Shown: positions 47,135 through 58,302, numbered from the stretch's first letter. The stretch: 64,000 nucleotides of DNA from Pseudomonadota bacterium (GCA_038528385.1 JBCBET010000008.1:68855-132854), one strand, 5' to 3'. A program made the numbers and translations. Notes: generated from the letters alone by a model not told the origin.

Positions 47135-48196
47135 ATGGGACGATATCTGATCGTGGGCGCGGGGCTCGTCGGGGCCGCGTTGGCGGAGCGTTTGGCGCGC
47201 GCGGAGGCGGAGGTGGTCGTGGTCGCCGAGGGGCCCGGGCGGGCCACGGAGGCCTCCTTCGGCTGGCTGAATGCGAGCACGGCGCGCGACCCGACCTATG
47301 TCGCGCTGCGCGCGGCGGGGCTCGCGGCCTGGCGGCGCCGCGCGCCCGACCTCGGCGCTACCGCGCCGGCCTGGTCCGGCACGCTCGCCTTGGATGCTCC
47401 GGGCGATGCCGGGGAGCTCGCGGCGCTCGGTCGCGACCTCGCGCGGCTCGACCCCGCCGCGGTCAGCGCCCTCGAGCCCGCGCTCGCCGTTTCAGGCCCC
47501 GCCCTGCGCTTCCCGAGGGAGGGCGCGATTGCGCCCGGACCCGCGGCGCGGAAACTGCTTTCTCTCGCGGCCGCGAACGGCGCGCGGCTGCTTCTCGGGC
47601 AGCGGGTCCTCTCGATCCTCGCCGATGACGGCGAGGCCGTCGGCGTGGAGACGTCCTCGGGCCTCGTCCTCGCCGATCACACGATCCTCGCCGCGGGCAC
47701 GGGCGTGGCGGAGCTCCTGGCGCCCCTGGCGGTCGCGCTGCCCCTGCGCCACCGCCCGGGCGAGCTCCTCATCACGGCACCGGCGCCCGCCATGCTGCGC
47801 CACGTCCTCGTGACGCCGGAGCGCGAGATCCGGCAGGACGCCACCGGCCGCTTCCTGATCCCGTCCTCCCCGGCGCCGGCCGCCCACGGTGCCGTTACCG
47901 GCCTCGAGCGTCCCTTCGACATGGACGACATCGCCCGGGCCTCGCTCGCGGTGCTCCGCCGGTTCCTGCCCGTGGGCGATCTGGACTACGAATGCATCCT
48001 CTCCGCCGCGCGCCCGGTGCCGGGCGACGGGCTGCCGGTCATCGGCCCCACGGGCATCGATGGCCTCTCGCTCGCGGTCATGCATTCGGGCGCCACGCTC
48101 GCCGCCATCGCGGCAGAGCTCCTCGCCGATGAACTCAAAACGGGCATATCGCAGGACCTGCTCGCGCCGTATCGCCTCACGCGGTTCCGGACCTGA
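47135..48196 (+). CDS. FAD-dependent oxidoreductase (DAO family)
   Basis: Dinucleotide fold YLIVGAGLVGAALAERLA. C-terminal ...GLSLAVMHSGATLA. Confidence 0.8.
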   Translation: MGRYLIVGAGLVGAALAERLARAEAEVVVVAEGPGRATEASFGWLNASTARDPTYVALRAAGLAAWRRRAPDLGATAPAWSGTLALDAPGDAGELAALGRDLARLDPAAVSALEPALAVSGPALRFPREGAIAPGPAARKLLSLAAANGARLLLGQRVLSILADDGEAVGVETSSGLVLADHTILAAGTGVAELLAPLAVALPLRHRPGELLITAPAPAMLRHVLVTPEREIRQDATGRFLIPSSPAPAAHGAVTGLERPFDMDDIARASLAVLRRFLPVGDLDYECILSAARPVPGDGLPVIGPTGIDGLSLAVMHSGATLAAIAAELLADELKTGISQDLLAPYRLTRFRT

Positions 48197-48226
48197 CGCC
48201 CGCCCGAGCCGCGCGGCGGCGCGCAG

Positions 48227-48264
48227 CCCCCCGCTTCTTTGTGCCCCGTACTTCCGCCGGAGGC
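48227..48264. repeat. Dispersed ~36-bp intergenic repeat, copy B (CCCCCCgcTTCTTTGTGCCCCGtACTTCCGCCGGAGGC)
   Basis: Matches 2709..2744 except for a 2-nt insertion and one substitution. It lies 35 nt downstream of the eno stop (minus strand). Confidence 0.8.
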
Positions 48265-48298
48265 CGGTCCTGCCCGCGCGCCCGCCGCGGAGCACGCC

Positions 48299-49609
<1,311 letters not shown>

Positions 49610-49642
49610 TTAACAGGCCCGGGCGCGGGTTTCAAAGGAGGC

Positions 49643-50515
49643 TCACGCCGCGCGCCGTCGGAGCCGCGCCTCGCGCGCCAGCGTGTAGAGGCCCGAGGCC
49701 ACGACGATGGCCGCCCCCGCGAGCGTGAGCGCATCGGGGCGCTCGGCGAAGAAGAGCACGCCGATGACGAGCGCGAAGACGAGGCGGGTGTAGCGGAAGG
49801 GCGTGACGACCGAGATCTCCCCGGTCCGCGTGGCCTGCACGATGGCGTAATACGCCAGGAGCCCCACGACGACGGCGGCGAGCGCGCGCGGCAGCGTCTC
49901 CACGCTCGGGGGCGCCGCGCCCACGCCATCGAAGGCCATGAGAAGGAGCCCCGCCGGGATGACGGAGAGAAAGCCCAGCCAGGCGAGCTGGATCGAGGGG
50001 GTGGATCGCGGCACGCGGCGCACGGCAATGTCGCGGCCCGCAAGGCCCAGCGTGCCCAGGATCGCGAGGATCGCGGCGGGCTCGAACGCGTCGGTGCCGG
50101 GCCGCAGGATGAGCAGAACGCCCGCGAGCCCCACGAGGATCGCCGTCCACCGCCGCCAGCCCACCGCCTCCCCCAGAAAGAGCGCGGCCCCCAGCGTCAC
50201 GAGGAGCGGCGCGGCCTGCAGGATGGCCGAGGCCAGCGAGAGCGGGATGAGCGCGAGCGAGGAGACGAAGCAGAGCGTGCCCAGCATCTCCATCACGCAG
50301 CGCGTGAGGATCGCGGGATGGGCGAGCGCGCGAGAGAAGAGCGGCAGCCCCTGCGCGCGCGCCATGACCGCGAAGACCGGCGCGCCGAGCACCCCGATGA
50401 AGAGGATCACCTGCCCCGGGGGCCAGGCGGCGGTCAGCGCTTTGATCAGCGCGTCTTCGGCGGCAAAGCCCGCCATGGCGAGCGTCATCAGGAGCGCGCC
50501 GCGCAGATTGTCCAT
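49643..50515 (-). CDS. DMT-superfamily (EamA) transporter
   Basis: 10-TM hydrophobic protein with two EamA-like halves. Confidence 0.8.
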   Translation of the reverse strand: MDNLRGALLMTLAMAGFAAEDALIKALTAAWPPGQVILFIGVLGAPVFAVMARAQGLPLFSRALAHPAILTRCVMEMLGTLCFVSSLALIPLSLASAILQAAPLLVTLGAALFLGEAVGWRRWTAILVGLAGVLLILRPGTDAFEPAAILAILGTLGLAGRDIAVRRVPRSTPSIQLAWLGFLSVIPAGLLLMAFDGVGAAPPSVETLPRALAAVVVGLLAYYAIVQATRTGEISVVTPFRYTRLVFALVIGVLFFAERPDALTLAGAAIVVASGLYTLAREARLRRRAA

Positions 50516-50535
50516 GGTCTCGCTCCGGATCGGGT

Positions 50536-50576
50536 CGGGGGCGGGACTGTTCGCTCTGCGAAGGCGCCCGCCCGCC
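50536..50576. repeat. Paired ~40-bp intergenic repeat, copy 1 (GGGGCGGGACTGTTCGCTCtGCGAaGGCGCCCGCCCGCCG)
   Basis: Direct repeat of 50628..50667 (2 mismatches). Each copy has GGGCGGG / CCCGCCC inverted ends. Confidence 0.8.
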
Positions 50577-50627
50577 GACCCTTAGGCCGCGCGTGGGGCA
50601 GCGTCCATCGCCGATACCGGGGGCAGG

Positions 50628-50667
50628 CGGGGCGGGACTGTTCGCTCCGCGAGGGCGCCCGCCCGCC
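50628..50667. repeat. Paired ~40-bp intergenic repeat, copy 2
   Basis: See copy 1. Spacing is ~91 bp, in a 297-bp non-coding gap. Confidence 0.8.
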
Positions 50668-50812
50668 GCCCCCGCCGAAAGGCCGCGCTCTGCCTCAAAA
50701 AGCGGCGAAGGCGCGGCGCGCGGGCCGCCCGGCCCCCGTGCACCATTGCCGCGCGGGCCACGCTCCGCTGAGGTGGGGCGGGCGGGGCAAGCAGGACCGG
50801 GGGGGGCTCGAC

Positions 50813-51298
50813 ATGGACGTTCTACATCTCTTGGTGGATGCGTTGGCCGTGGGCACCCTGGCGGCCTGGGCCATCGTCGCCGTGGGAGACAATTGGCGTT
50901 TTCCGGACATGAACCGCGCGGCCGTGGCCATGGTGGTCCGGATGGACCTGCTCGCCGCGGAGTTTCCGGCGGAATTCGCCCGTGTGGCCCATCGGCGGGT
51001 GGCGGATCCGGGGCGCATCGACGCGCTCTTCCGGCTCATCCGGGCGGCGGAAACCGTCGCGGGCGTGGCGCTCTGCCTGTCGGTGGCGGGGCTGGGGCTG
51101 GCCGCGATGGGCGCCCTGGACCCGGCGCTGGCGCAGGGGCTCGCGCTCCTCTCCGTGGCCGGGTTCGCGGCGATCTGGGCGGGCTTCATCGTGGGCGGAA
51201 ATTTCTACGCCTACTGGTATTGCCACCAATGGGCGCAGTCGAACCACTTCATGCTCCTGTCCTGGAGCTTTCTGGTGGCGCTTCTGCTTCTGAACTGA
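50813..51298 (+). CDS. Small integral membrane protein (DUF2165-like)
   Basis: 161 aa with 4 hydrophobic helices. The ATG is preceded by a G-rich stretch. The family assignment is tentative. Confidence 0.55.
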   Translation: MDVLHLLVDALAVGTLAAWAIVAVGDNWRFPDMNRAAVAMVVRMDLLAAEFPAEFARVAHRRVADPGRIDALFRLIRAAETVAGVALCLSVAGLGLAAMGALDPALAQGLALLSVAGFAAIWAGFIVGGNFYAYWYCHQWAQSNHFMLLSWSFLVALLLLN

Positions 51299-51301
51299 GG
51301 C

Positions 51302-52021
51302 TCACTCGCGCAGGCGGATCATGAGGTGGTTGGCCTCTTTGCGGGTCTCGAGGCTCTTGATGTCGCGCACCAGCGCCGAGAGCTTCCGGTGGCCGTAGGT
51401 GCGGGTGTCGAAATCGGGCCGTTCGGCCTGGATCGTCTGCCCGATGAGGCCGAGGGAGTACCATTCGCCGTCGTGGTCGAGCCGGTCCATGGCCGCCTCG
51501 ATCAGCGGCAGCGCGTCGGCGGCGGCCTTGCCGCCCTTGCGCGGCTGGGCCTTTTCGCCCGCCGCGGGCTCGGCGATGTTCTCCAGAAAGATGAAGCGGT
51601 TGCAGACCGTGATCAGCGCCTCGGGCGTCTTCGCCTCCCCGATCCCGATGACCATGAGCCCGTCCTCCCGGAGCCGGTTCGCGAGCGCCGTGAAGTCGCT
51701 GTCCGAACTCACCAGCACGAAGCCGTCGAAGCGGCGGGTGTGCAGGATGTCCATGGCGTCGATGACGAGGCCGATATCGGAGGCGTTCTTTCCTTGCGTG
51801 TTGGCCGTCTCCTGATGCGCGTTGAGCCCGAGCGAGCGGATGCGGCCCGACCAGCTTTTGAGCTGACCCGACGACCAATCGCCGTAGACGCGGCGCAGCG
51901 CGGGCTCCCCGATGGCCGAGATTTCCTTCAGGATCGCCTCGGCATGGCGCGCGGGCACGTTGTCGGCGTCGATCAGCACGGCCAGGAGGGGGCGGTCGCG
52001 GATTTGGGCGGCGTCAGCCAT
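51302..52021 (-). CDS. NYN (LabA-like) ribonuclease-domain protein with C-terminal OST-HTH/LOTUS domain
   Basis: LAVLIDADNV...RVYGDWSS...ASDIGLVIDAMD...FVLVSSDSDFTALANRL (NYN). C-terminal WYSLGLIGQTI...FDTRTYGHRKLSALV (OST-HTH). Confidence 0.82.
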   Translation of the reverse strand: MADAAQIRDRPLLAVLIDADNVPARHAEAILKEISAIGEPALRRVYGDWSSGQLKSWSGRIRSLGLNAHQETANTQGKNASDIGLVIDAMDILHTRRFDGFVLVSSDSDFTALANRLREDGLMVIGIGEAKTPEALITVCNRFIFLENIAEPAAGEKAQPRKGGKAAADALPLIEAAMDRLDHDGEWYSLGLIGQTIQAERPDFDTRTYGHRKLSALVRDIKSLETRKEANHLMIRLRE

Positions 52022-52427
52022 TTTTGCGTTTTGTCCCGTAAAGCTCGAGCCGGTGGCCCTTGAGGTCGAAGCCCAGCCGCTCGGCGATGCGCTCCTGGAG
52101 TTTCTCGATTTCGGGGTCCACGAATTCGATCACCTCGCCGGTGGCGAGGTCGATCAGGTGGTCGTGGTGGTCCCGGTCTGCGTCTTCGTAGCGCGAGCGC
52201 CCGTCGCCGAATTCGTGGCGCTCGAGGATGCCCGCCTCCTCGAAGAGCTTCACCGTCCGGTAGACGGTGGCCAGCGATATGCCTGCATCCACGGCGGAGG
52301 CGCGATTGTAAAGCTCTTCGACGTCGGGGTGGTCGTGGGCGTCCTCGAGCACGGTGGCGATGGTGCGCCGCTGGCCCGTCATGCGCAGGCCCTTTGCCTC
52401 GCAGCGTTCTATGATCGTGTCCGCCAT
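52014..52427 (-). CDS. Fur-family transcriptional regulator lacking both CxxC motifs (Irr/Mur-like)
   Basis: Winged helix GLRMTGQRRTIATVL...ISLATVYRTVKLFEEAGIL. His-rich site DRDHHDHLIDLATGEVIEF. AAGGGG RBS before ATG 52427, with an upstream ATG at 52487 also possible. Confidence 0.82.
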   Translation of the reverse strand: MADTIIERCEAKGLRMTGQRRTIATVLEDAHDHPDVEELYNRASAVDAGISLATVYRTVKLFEEAGILERHEFGDGRSRYEDADRDHHDHLIDLATGEVIEFVDPEIEKLQERIAERLGFDLKGHRLELYGTKRKNG

Positions 52428-52508
52428 GTCCGCCCCTTGTCCGTGCCGGGCATACTCCGCCGCCTCGCGGGCCTCAACCGTTGACATCGTGCCCGCGCGC
52501 GGTCAGCG

Positions 52509-53417
52509 ATGGCGCGCATGGCGCCCAAGGATCACCTCGACACGTTCGGCACGGTCTCGCTGGTGGCGTTCGCGCTCTTGCTCGCGTTCAACCAGGTGGT
52601 GATCGCCGTGGGCGGGGATGGCTGGCAGCCGGTCTTCATGGCCGCGTTGCGCTCCCTCGGTGGGGCGGTGGTTCTCTTGCTCTGGCTCAGGCTGCGGGGG
52701 ATTTCGTTCGGTCTGCCGCGCGAGATGTGGCCCACTGCGGCGCTCATGGGGGCGATCTTCGGGCTCGAGTTCATTTTTCTCTTCACCGCGCTCGATCTGA
52801 CGACGGTGAGCCGGGCGAGCGTGATCTTCTACGCGATGCCGGTCTGGGCCGCGTTGGGCGCGCGGCTCTTTCTGGGGGAGAGCGTGGGGCCGGTGAAGCT
52901 CGCGGGGCTCGCGGTGGCCTTTGCAGGCATGGCCTGGGCCATCCTCGACGGGCAGAGCGCGACGGGCGGCTCGCTCGTGGGCGATCTCTGCGCGGTGGCG
53001 GCCTCCATCGGATGGGCCGCGATCCTCATCGTCGTGAAAGGCAGCAATGTGAAGGACTTGCGCGCCGAAGTGCAACTTTTCTGGCAGGTCTTTCTGTCGA
53101 TCCCGGTGCTCTTTGTCGGCGCGCTCTTCTTTGGCCCCTTGGTGCGGGAGCTCGCGCCCATCCACTACGCCGCGCTGGGGTTCCAGATCTTCGCAATCGT
53201 GAGCTTCGGCTTTCTCTTCTGGTTCTGGCTGATCAAGATCTATCCGGCCTCATCAGTGGCCTCGTTCAGCTTTTTATCCCCGGTTTTCAGCGTGGTGCTA
53301 GGCGCAGCTCTGCTGGGGGAGGCGGTGGGGCCGAGCCTCCTGGGGGCGCTCGCGCTCGTCACCCTTGGGCTCGTGCTGATCAATCGCCGCCCGCGTCAGG
53401 TGCCGCAGAAGGTCTGA
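52509..53417 (+). CDS. DMT-superfamily (EamA) transporter
   Basis: 10-TM protein with duplicated EamA halves. Confidence 0.8.
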   Translation: MARMAPKDHLDTFGTVSLVAFALLLAFNQVVIAVGGDGWQPVFMAALRSLGGAVVLLLWLRLRGISFGLPREMWPTAALMGAIFGLEFIFLFTALDLTTVSRASVIFYAMPVWAALGARLFLGESVGPVKLAGLAVAFAGMAWAILDGQSATGGSLVGDLCAVAASIGWAAILIVVKGSNVKDLRAEVQLFWQVFLSIPVLFVGALFFGPLVRELAPIHYAALGFQIFAIVSFGFLFWFWLIKIYPASSVASFSFLSPVFSVVLGAALLGEAVGPSLLGALALVTLGLVLINRRPRQVPQKV

Positions 53418-54778
53418 GTGACCTCCTCGCCGGGGGCCGGAGGCTGCGAGAAGCGCGGGTCTGCAGGCGCGTCAAACGGCGTGGCGAGCGCGGCATGGAG
53501 CGCCTCGAACGGCCCGAAATCGTCGTAGACCGCGGACTGGATCGCCTGCTCCACGAGGTGGTTGCGCGGGATGAGCGCGGGGTTGGTGGCCGCCATGAGC
53601 GCGGTGTCGGGGTCTCTGGCCTGCCAATCGGCGCGCCAGGCGGCGAAGCCGTCGTGATCCAATGCGTGAGGATCATCCGGCAAGGCGCGAAACGTATTGG
53701 TGAAATCCGCCTCGGCCTCCGCCATCATCGAAAGGAGGCTGGTGATGAGATCCACCTCCGCATCGCCCACCTCCAGGAGCCCGAGCTTGGCGCCGAAGGC
53801 CCGCCGCCACGCAGTTTGATAGACCGGCGCGAAGCCGTTGACGATCTCTGTGAAGTTCTCGATGGCGGCGTCCCGGTCGGGCATGAGTGGCAGGAGCGCG
53901 GTGGCGAGCTGCGCCATGTTCCACGCCGCGATGCCCGCCTGGTTGGCATAGGCGTAGCGGCCCATCTGGTCGATGGAGGAGAAGACCTTGCCGGGGTCGT
54001 AGGCGTCCATGAACGCGCAGGGGCCGTAATCGATGGTGTCTCCGGCGATATGGGCGTTGTCGGTGTTCATCACGCCATGGATGAAGCCCACCGCCATCCA
54101 GCGCGCGATGAGCTCGGCCTGGGCTGCTACGACGGCGGCCAGAAGCTCGGCAGGGCCCGCGGCGTCCGGGTAGTGCCGCGCGATGACATGGGCGGTGAGC
54201 GCCTCCAGCGCGTCCACGTCGCCCCGGGAGGCGAAGACCTGGAATGTGCCCACGCGGATATGGGAGCGCGCTACGCGGGTGACGACGGCGCCGGGCAGCA
54301 GCGCCTCGCGGGCGACGTCCTCCCCCGTGGTCACGAGCGCCAGCGCCCGCGTGGTGGGGATGCCCAGGGCGTGCATCGCCTCGCTCACCAGGTATTCGCG
54401 CAGCGCGGGGCCCACCCAGTTGCGCCCGTCGCCCATGCGCGAATAGGGCGTGGGGCCCGCGCCCTTGAGCTGGATGTCCCAGCGCGCGCCGCCATGGACG
54501 ACCTCGCCCAGAAGGATCGCGCGGCCATCGCCGAGCTGCGGGTTCCAGCTTCCGAATTGGTGCCCGGCATAGAGCGCGGCGAGCGGCTCGGCCCCCTCGG
54601 GCACCGCGTTGCCCCCGAAGATCGCGGCCCGCTCTCCCTCGGCCATATCGGGCAGGCCGAGCTCGGCCGCGAGCGCCGCGTTCCAGGCGCGCAGGCGCGG
54701 CGCGCGAACGGGCGTGGCGGGAAGCTTCGTGTAGAAGCGCTCCGGCAGGCGGGCATAGCTGTTGTCGAAGGCGATCAT
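53396..54778 (-). CDS. selO: Protein adenylyltransferase SelO (YdiU/UPF0061)
   Basis: [13 protein letters not shown]..., [48 protein letters not shown]. Confidence 0.9.
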   Translation of the reverse strand: MIAFDNSYARLPERFYTKLPATPVRAPRLRAWNAALAAELGLPDMAEGERAAIFGGNAVPEGAEPLAALYAGHQFGSWNPQLGDGRAILLGEVVHGGARWDIQLKGAGPTPYSRMGDGRNWVGPALREYLVSEAMHALGIPTTRALALVTTGEDVAREALLPGAVVTRVARSHIRVGTFQVFASRGDVDALEALTAHVIARHYPDAAGPAELLAAVVAAQAELIARWMAVGFIHGVMNTDNAHIAGDTIDYGPCAFMDAYDPGKVFSSIDQMGRYAYANQAGIAAWNMAQLATALLPLMPDRDAAIENFTEIVNGFAPVYQTAWRRAFGAKLGLLEVGDAEVDLITSLLSMMAEAEADFTNTFRALPDDPHALDHDGFAAWRADWQARDPDTALMAATNPALIPRNHLVEQAIQSAVYDDFGPFEALHAALATPFDAPADPRFSQPPAPGEEVTQTFCGT

Positions 54779-55233
54779 GGGAGCGTGCGGACCATGAGCC
54801 CGTAGCGGTCCCGCGCCACGAAGCCCGACCGCTCATAGGTGCGCACGGCGGCCGCGTTGCCGAAATCGACCTCCAGCGCCAGCGCCATGGCGCCCTTCTC
54901 CGCGAGGTAGTGGCTCAGCGCGTGGATCGCGTCGCCCCCGATGCCGCGCCCGCGCACGGCGGGCCGCAAGTAGAATTCGTCGAGATAACTGTCGAGCCCG
55001 CCATACTCCACCGTCCAGCCGTAGCAGACGAGCGCGTAGCCCGCCGGCGCCCGGCGCGGCCCGATGAGGAAGACCTCGCCGTGGGGCGAGCCGTCGAGGA
55101 GCGGCAGGACCGCGCGCTGGCGGTGCGCCTCGTCGGTGTCGATGCCTTCCTCGTGGTGAAAGGCGGCCACGAGCGGCGCGAGGATCGCCAGGTCGTCGCG
55201 CGTGGCGCGATGGATGGCCGTGCGCGGGCTCAT
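54775..55233 (-). CDS. GNAT-family N-acetyltransferase
   Basis: [15 protein letters not shown]... plus the acetyl-CoA motif [15 protein letters not shown]. 4-nt overlaps with both neighbours. Confidence 0.82.
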   Translation of the reverse strand: MSPRTAIHRATRDDLAILAPLVAAFHHEEGIDTDEAHRQRAVLPLLDGSPHGEVFLIGPRRAPAGYALVCYGWTVEYGGLDSYLDEFYLRPAVRGRGIGGDAIHALSHYLAEKGAMALALEVDFGNAAAVRTYERSGFVARDRYGLMVRTLP

Positions 55234-56159
55234 AGGCGGGCCAGGCGGTGGGACAGGAGCGTGAAAAAACGCGTCCGGTCGCCGTCGCCGAGGAAGGTGG
55301 CGTTCTTCGGGCGGTCCGTCACGCCCCACCAATCGGCCACGGTCATGCCGCGGGTTAGCGGGCTTTCGACCTCGATCTCCACGTTGATCTCGCGCCCGGT
55401 GAAGAGCGTGGGGTCGATGAGGTGCGCAATCACGCAAGGGTCATGGAGCGGCGCGCCGGTCGATCCGTATTTCTGCACGTCGAAGCGCTCGAAAAAATCC
55501 GTCCACCCCGCCACGGCATCGCCCACCTGGCTGCCCAGGCCCTTCATGGCCGCGATCCATTCCGCGGAGGTGAGCATCTTGTGGCTGAGATCGAGCGGCA
55601 CCACCGTGATATTCACCCCGGATTTGAACACCTTTTCAGCGGCTTCCGGATCGACATAGATGTTGAATTCCGCCGCGGGTGTGATGTTGCCCACCTCGAA
55701 ATAGGCCCCGCCCATGAGCACGATCTCTTCGATCCGCCCTGCGATGTCGGGCGCGCGTTCGAGCGCCGTGCCGATATTGGTGAGCGGGCCGAGCGGGCAG
55801 AGCGTGACGCCGTCGGTGCTGCGCACCGTCTCGATGATGAAATCGACCGCGTGCCGCTCCTGGAGCGGCATGGTGGGCGCGGCATGCTCCACGCCGTTGA
55901 GCCCGGTCTGGCCATGGACATGCTCGGCGGTGACGAGGTCGCGCCCCATGGGCCTGTCACAGCCTGCAAAGACCTGCACGTCCGTGCGGCCCGCCAGTTC
56001 GCAGACGATGCGGGCATTCCTGGCCGTCAGCTCCAGCGGGACATTGCCCGCCACCGCCGTGATCCCCAGCACCTCGATCTCCTCGGGCGAGGCGAGGGCG
56101 AGGAGGATGGCCACGGCATCGTCCTGGCCGGGATCGGTGTCGATGATGATCTTGCGCAT
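55230..56159 (-). CDS. Nucleoside hydrolase (inosine/uridine-preferring family)
   Basis: MRKIIIDTDPGQDDAVAILLAL (DxDxxxDD motif). ...LCPLGPLTNIG... Confidence 0.9.
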   Translation of the reverse strand: MRKIIIDTDPGQDDAVAILLALASPEEIEVLGITAVAGNVPLELTARNARIVCELAGRTDVQVFAGCDRPMGRDLVTAEHVHGQTGLNGVEHAAPTMPLQERHAVDFIIETVRSTDGVTLCPLGPLTNIGTALERAPDIAGRIEEIVLMGGAYFEVGNITPAAEFNIYVDPEAAEKVFKSGVNITVVPLDLSHKMLTSAEWIAAMKGLGSQVGDAVAGWTDFFERFDVQKYGSTGAPLHDPCVIAHLIDPTLFTGREINVEIEVESPLTRGMTVADWWGVTDRPKNATFLGDGDRTRFFTLLSHRLARL

Positions 56160-56207
56160 GGCTCAGACGTGGTGGGAATTGCCCGCGATGTCCAGAGCGC
56201 GCGGGGG

Positions 56208-57011
56208 CTAGCGGCGCTTCTCGGCCTCCCAGAGCGCGTCCATCTCCGTGAGCGTGGCCTCCTCGGGCCGGCGGCCCTCTGCGGCGAGCGCGGCCTCGAT
56301 CCCTCGGAAGCGGCGCGTGAACTTTGCATTCGTGGCACGCAGCGCGGTTTCGGGATCGACGCCGAGATGGCGCCCGATATTGACCATGACGAAGAGAAGA
56401 TCGCCGAACTCCTCCTCGATATGGGCCGGGTCCGCGCCCGCGCGCGCCTCCACGAGCTCGCGCGTCTCCTCGGTGAGCTTGGCGAGCACGTCCTCCACAT
56501 CGGTCCAGTCAAAGCCCACGCGCGCCGCGCGCTTCTGGAGCTTGAGCGCGCGCATGAGCGCGGGCAGGCCCAAAGCCACGCCGTCGAGCACGCCGGTCTC
56601 CGCCTTGCCCGCGCGTTCGGCGGCCTTGATCTTCTCCCAGTCCTGGACCTGCTGTTCGGCGCTTTTCTCGCGGCTCTCGTCGCCGAAGACATGGGGGTGG
56701 CGGGCGACCATCTTGTCCGAGATCTTGTCGGCGATGCTCGCAAAGCTGAAAAGCCCGCGCTCCTCCCCGATGGCGGCATGGTAGACCGATTGCAGGAGGA
56801 GATCTCCCAGCTCGCCCTCGAGCTCGTCCCAGGCCTCGCGCTCGATGGCATCGGCCACCTCGTAGGCCTCCTCGATCGTGTAGGGGGCGATGGTCGCGAA
56901 GGTCTGCTCGATGTCCCAGGGGCACCCCGTCTCCGGATCGCGCAGGCGGCGCATGATCTCCAGGAGCCGTGGCATGCCACCCTTCGGATCGTGCACGAGA
57001 TCCTCTGCCAT
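56208..57011 (-). CDS. mazG: Nucleoside triphosphate pyrophosphohydrolase MazG
   Basis: Two MazG repeats: CPWDIEQTF...EEAYEVADAI...ELGDLLLQ and EETRELVEA...EEFGDLLFVMVN. Start at internal ATG 57011. Confidence 0.9.
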   Translation of the reverse strand: MAEDLVHDPKGGMPRLLEIMRRLRDPETGCPWDIEQTFATIAPYTIEEAYEVADAIEREAWDELEGELGDLLLQSVYHAAIGEERGLFSFASIADKISDKMVARHPHVFGDESREKSAEQQVQDWEKIKAAERAGKAETGVLDGVALGLPALMRALKLQKRAARVGFDWTDVEDVLAKLTEETRELVEARAGADPAHIEEEFGDLLFVMVNIGRHLGVDPETALRATNAKFTRRFRGIEAALAAEGRRPEEATLTEMDALWEAEKRR

Positions 57012-57059
57012 TGCGCTTTCCTCCGCCGCCTGTAGCTTGGCCGGATAGGAGGACAGCCC

Positions 57060-58226
57060 ATGCCCATCGTCAACCGGATCGCGGAGTTCGCCGAGGATAT
57101 GACGGCCTGGCGGCGGCACCTCCACCAGCATCCGGAGCTCGGCTTCGACTGTCACGGGACGGCGGCCTTCGTGGTGGCGCGACTGCGCGAGTTCGGGGTG
57201 GACGAGATCCACGAGGGCATCGCCACCTCGGGCGTGGTGGCTCTGATCCACGGGCAGGGCCCGGGCCCCACGATCGGGCTCCGCGCGGATATGGACGCGC
57301 TGCCCATGACGGAGACGACCGGCGCCGACTGGGCCTCCACGCAACCGGGCAAGATGCATGCCTGCGGCCATGACGGGCACACGGCGATGCTCCTCGGGGC
57401 CGCGCGCTATCTCGCGGAGACGCGGAATTTCGCGGGGCGCGTGGCGCTGATCTTCCAGCCCGCCGAGGAGGGCGGGGGCGGCGGCGACGTGATGGTGAAG
57501 GAAGGCATCATGGACCGCTTCGACATCGCGGAGGTCTACGGCATCCACAATGCGCCCAACTACGAGGAAGGGATGCTCTACACCACGCCCGGGCCGATCA
57601 TGGCCGCCGTCGATACCTTCCACATCGACATCAAGGGCCGCGGCGGCCACGGCGCCATGCCCCACGACACCGCCGATCCCGTGGTGGCCGCGGTGGGCAT
57701 CGCCACGGCGATCCAAACCATCGTGAGCCGCAACCACCGCGCGCTCCAGGACCTCGTCGTCTCCGTCACGCAGATCCACGCCGGCACGGCCGACAACGTG
57801 ATCCCCGACACCGCCTATCTCAACGGGACCGTACGCACCTTCGAGAAGGAGGTGCAGGCCATGGTTATGCGGCGGCTGGAAGAGATCGTGGCGGGGCAGG
57901 CGGCCTCCTACGGGGTGGCGGCCACCCTGCGCTACGAGGTGGGGTATCCCGCCACCGTCAACGATCCCGCCAAGGCCGCCTTCGCCGCGGGCGTGGCCGC
58001 CGAGGTCGCCCACAAGGTGGAGGGCGAGACGGGCCGCGAGATGGGGGCGGAGGATTTCAGCTACATGCTCGAGGCGCGGCCGGGCGCCTATCTCTTCCTC
58101 GGGCAGGGGACGGGGCCCACGGTCCACAATCCGGGCTACGATTTCAACGACCGCGTGGCACCCGTGGGGGCGTCGTTCTTTGCCCGGGTGGTGGAGCGCG
58201 CGGCGCCCCTGGGTACGGCCCTTTGA
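57060..58226 (+). CDS. M20D-family amidohydrolase (hippurate hydrolase / N-acyl-amino-acid amidohydrolase-like)
   Basis: WRRHLHQHPELGF..., MHACGHDGHTAML, FQPAEEGGGG. Confidence 0.88.
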   Translation: MPIVNRIAEFAEDMTAWRRHLHQHPELGFDCHGTAAFVVARLREFGVDEIHEGIATSGVVALIHGQGPGPTIGLRADMDALPMTETTGADWASTQPGKMHACGHDGHTAMLLGAARYLAETRNFAGRVALIFQPAEEGGGGGDVMVKEGIMDRFDIAEVYGIHNAPNYEEGMLYTTPGPIMAAVDTFHIDIKGRGGHGAMPHDTADPVVAAVGIATAIQTIVSRNHRALQDLVVSVTQIHAGTADNVIPDTAYLNGTVRTFEKEVQAMVMRRLEEIVAGQAASYGVAATLRYEVGYPATVNDPAKAAFAAGVAAEVAHKVEGETGREMGAEDFSYMLEARPGAYLFLGQGTGPTVHNPGYDFNDRVAPVGASFFARVVERAAPLGTAL

Positions 58227-58302
58227 GACGGCTCCCACCCGCCCACCCCCGCCGCCTCAAAGGGCCGCGCCCGGGGAGAGGTCTGTGAACGATCTCACGG
58301 CA

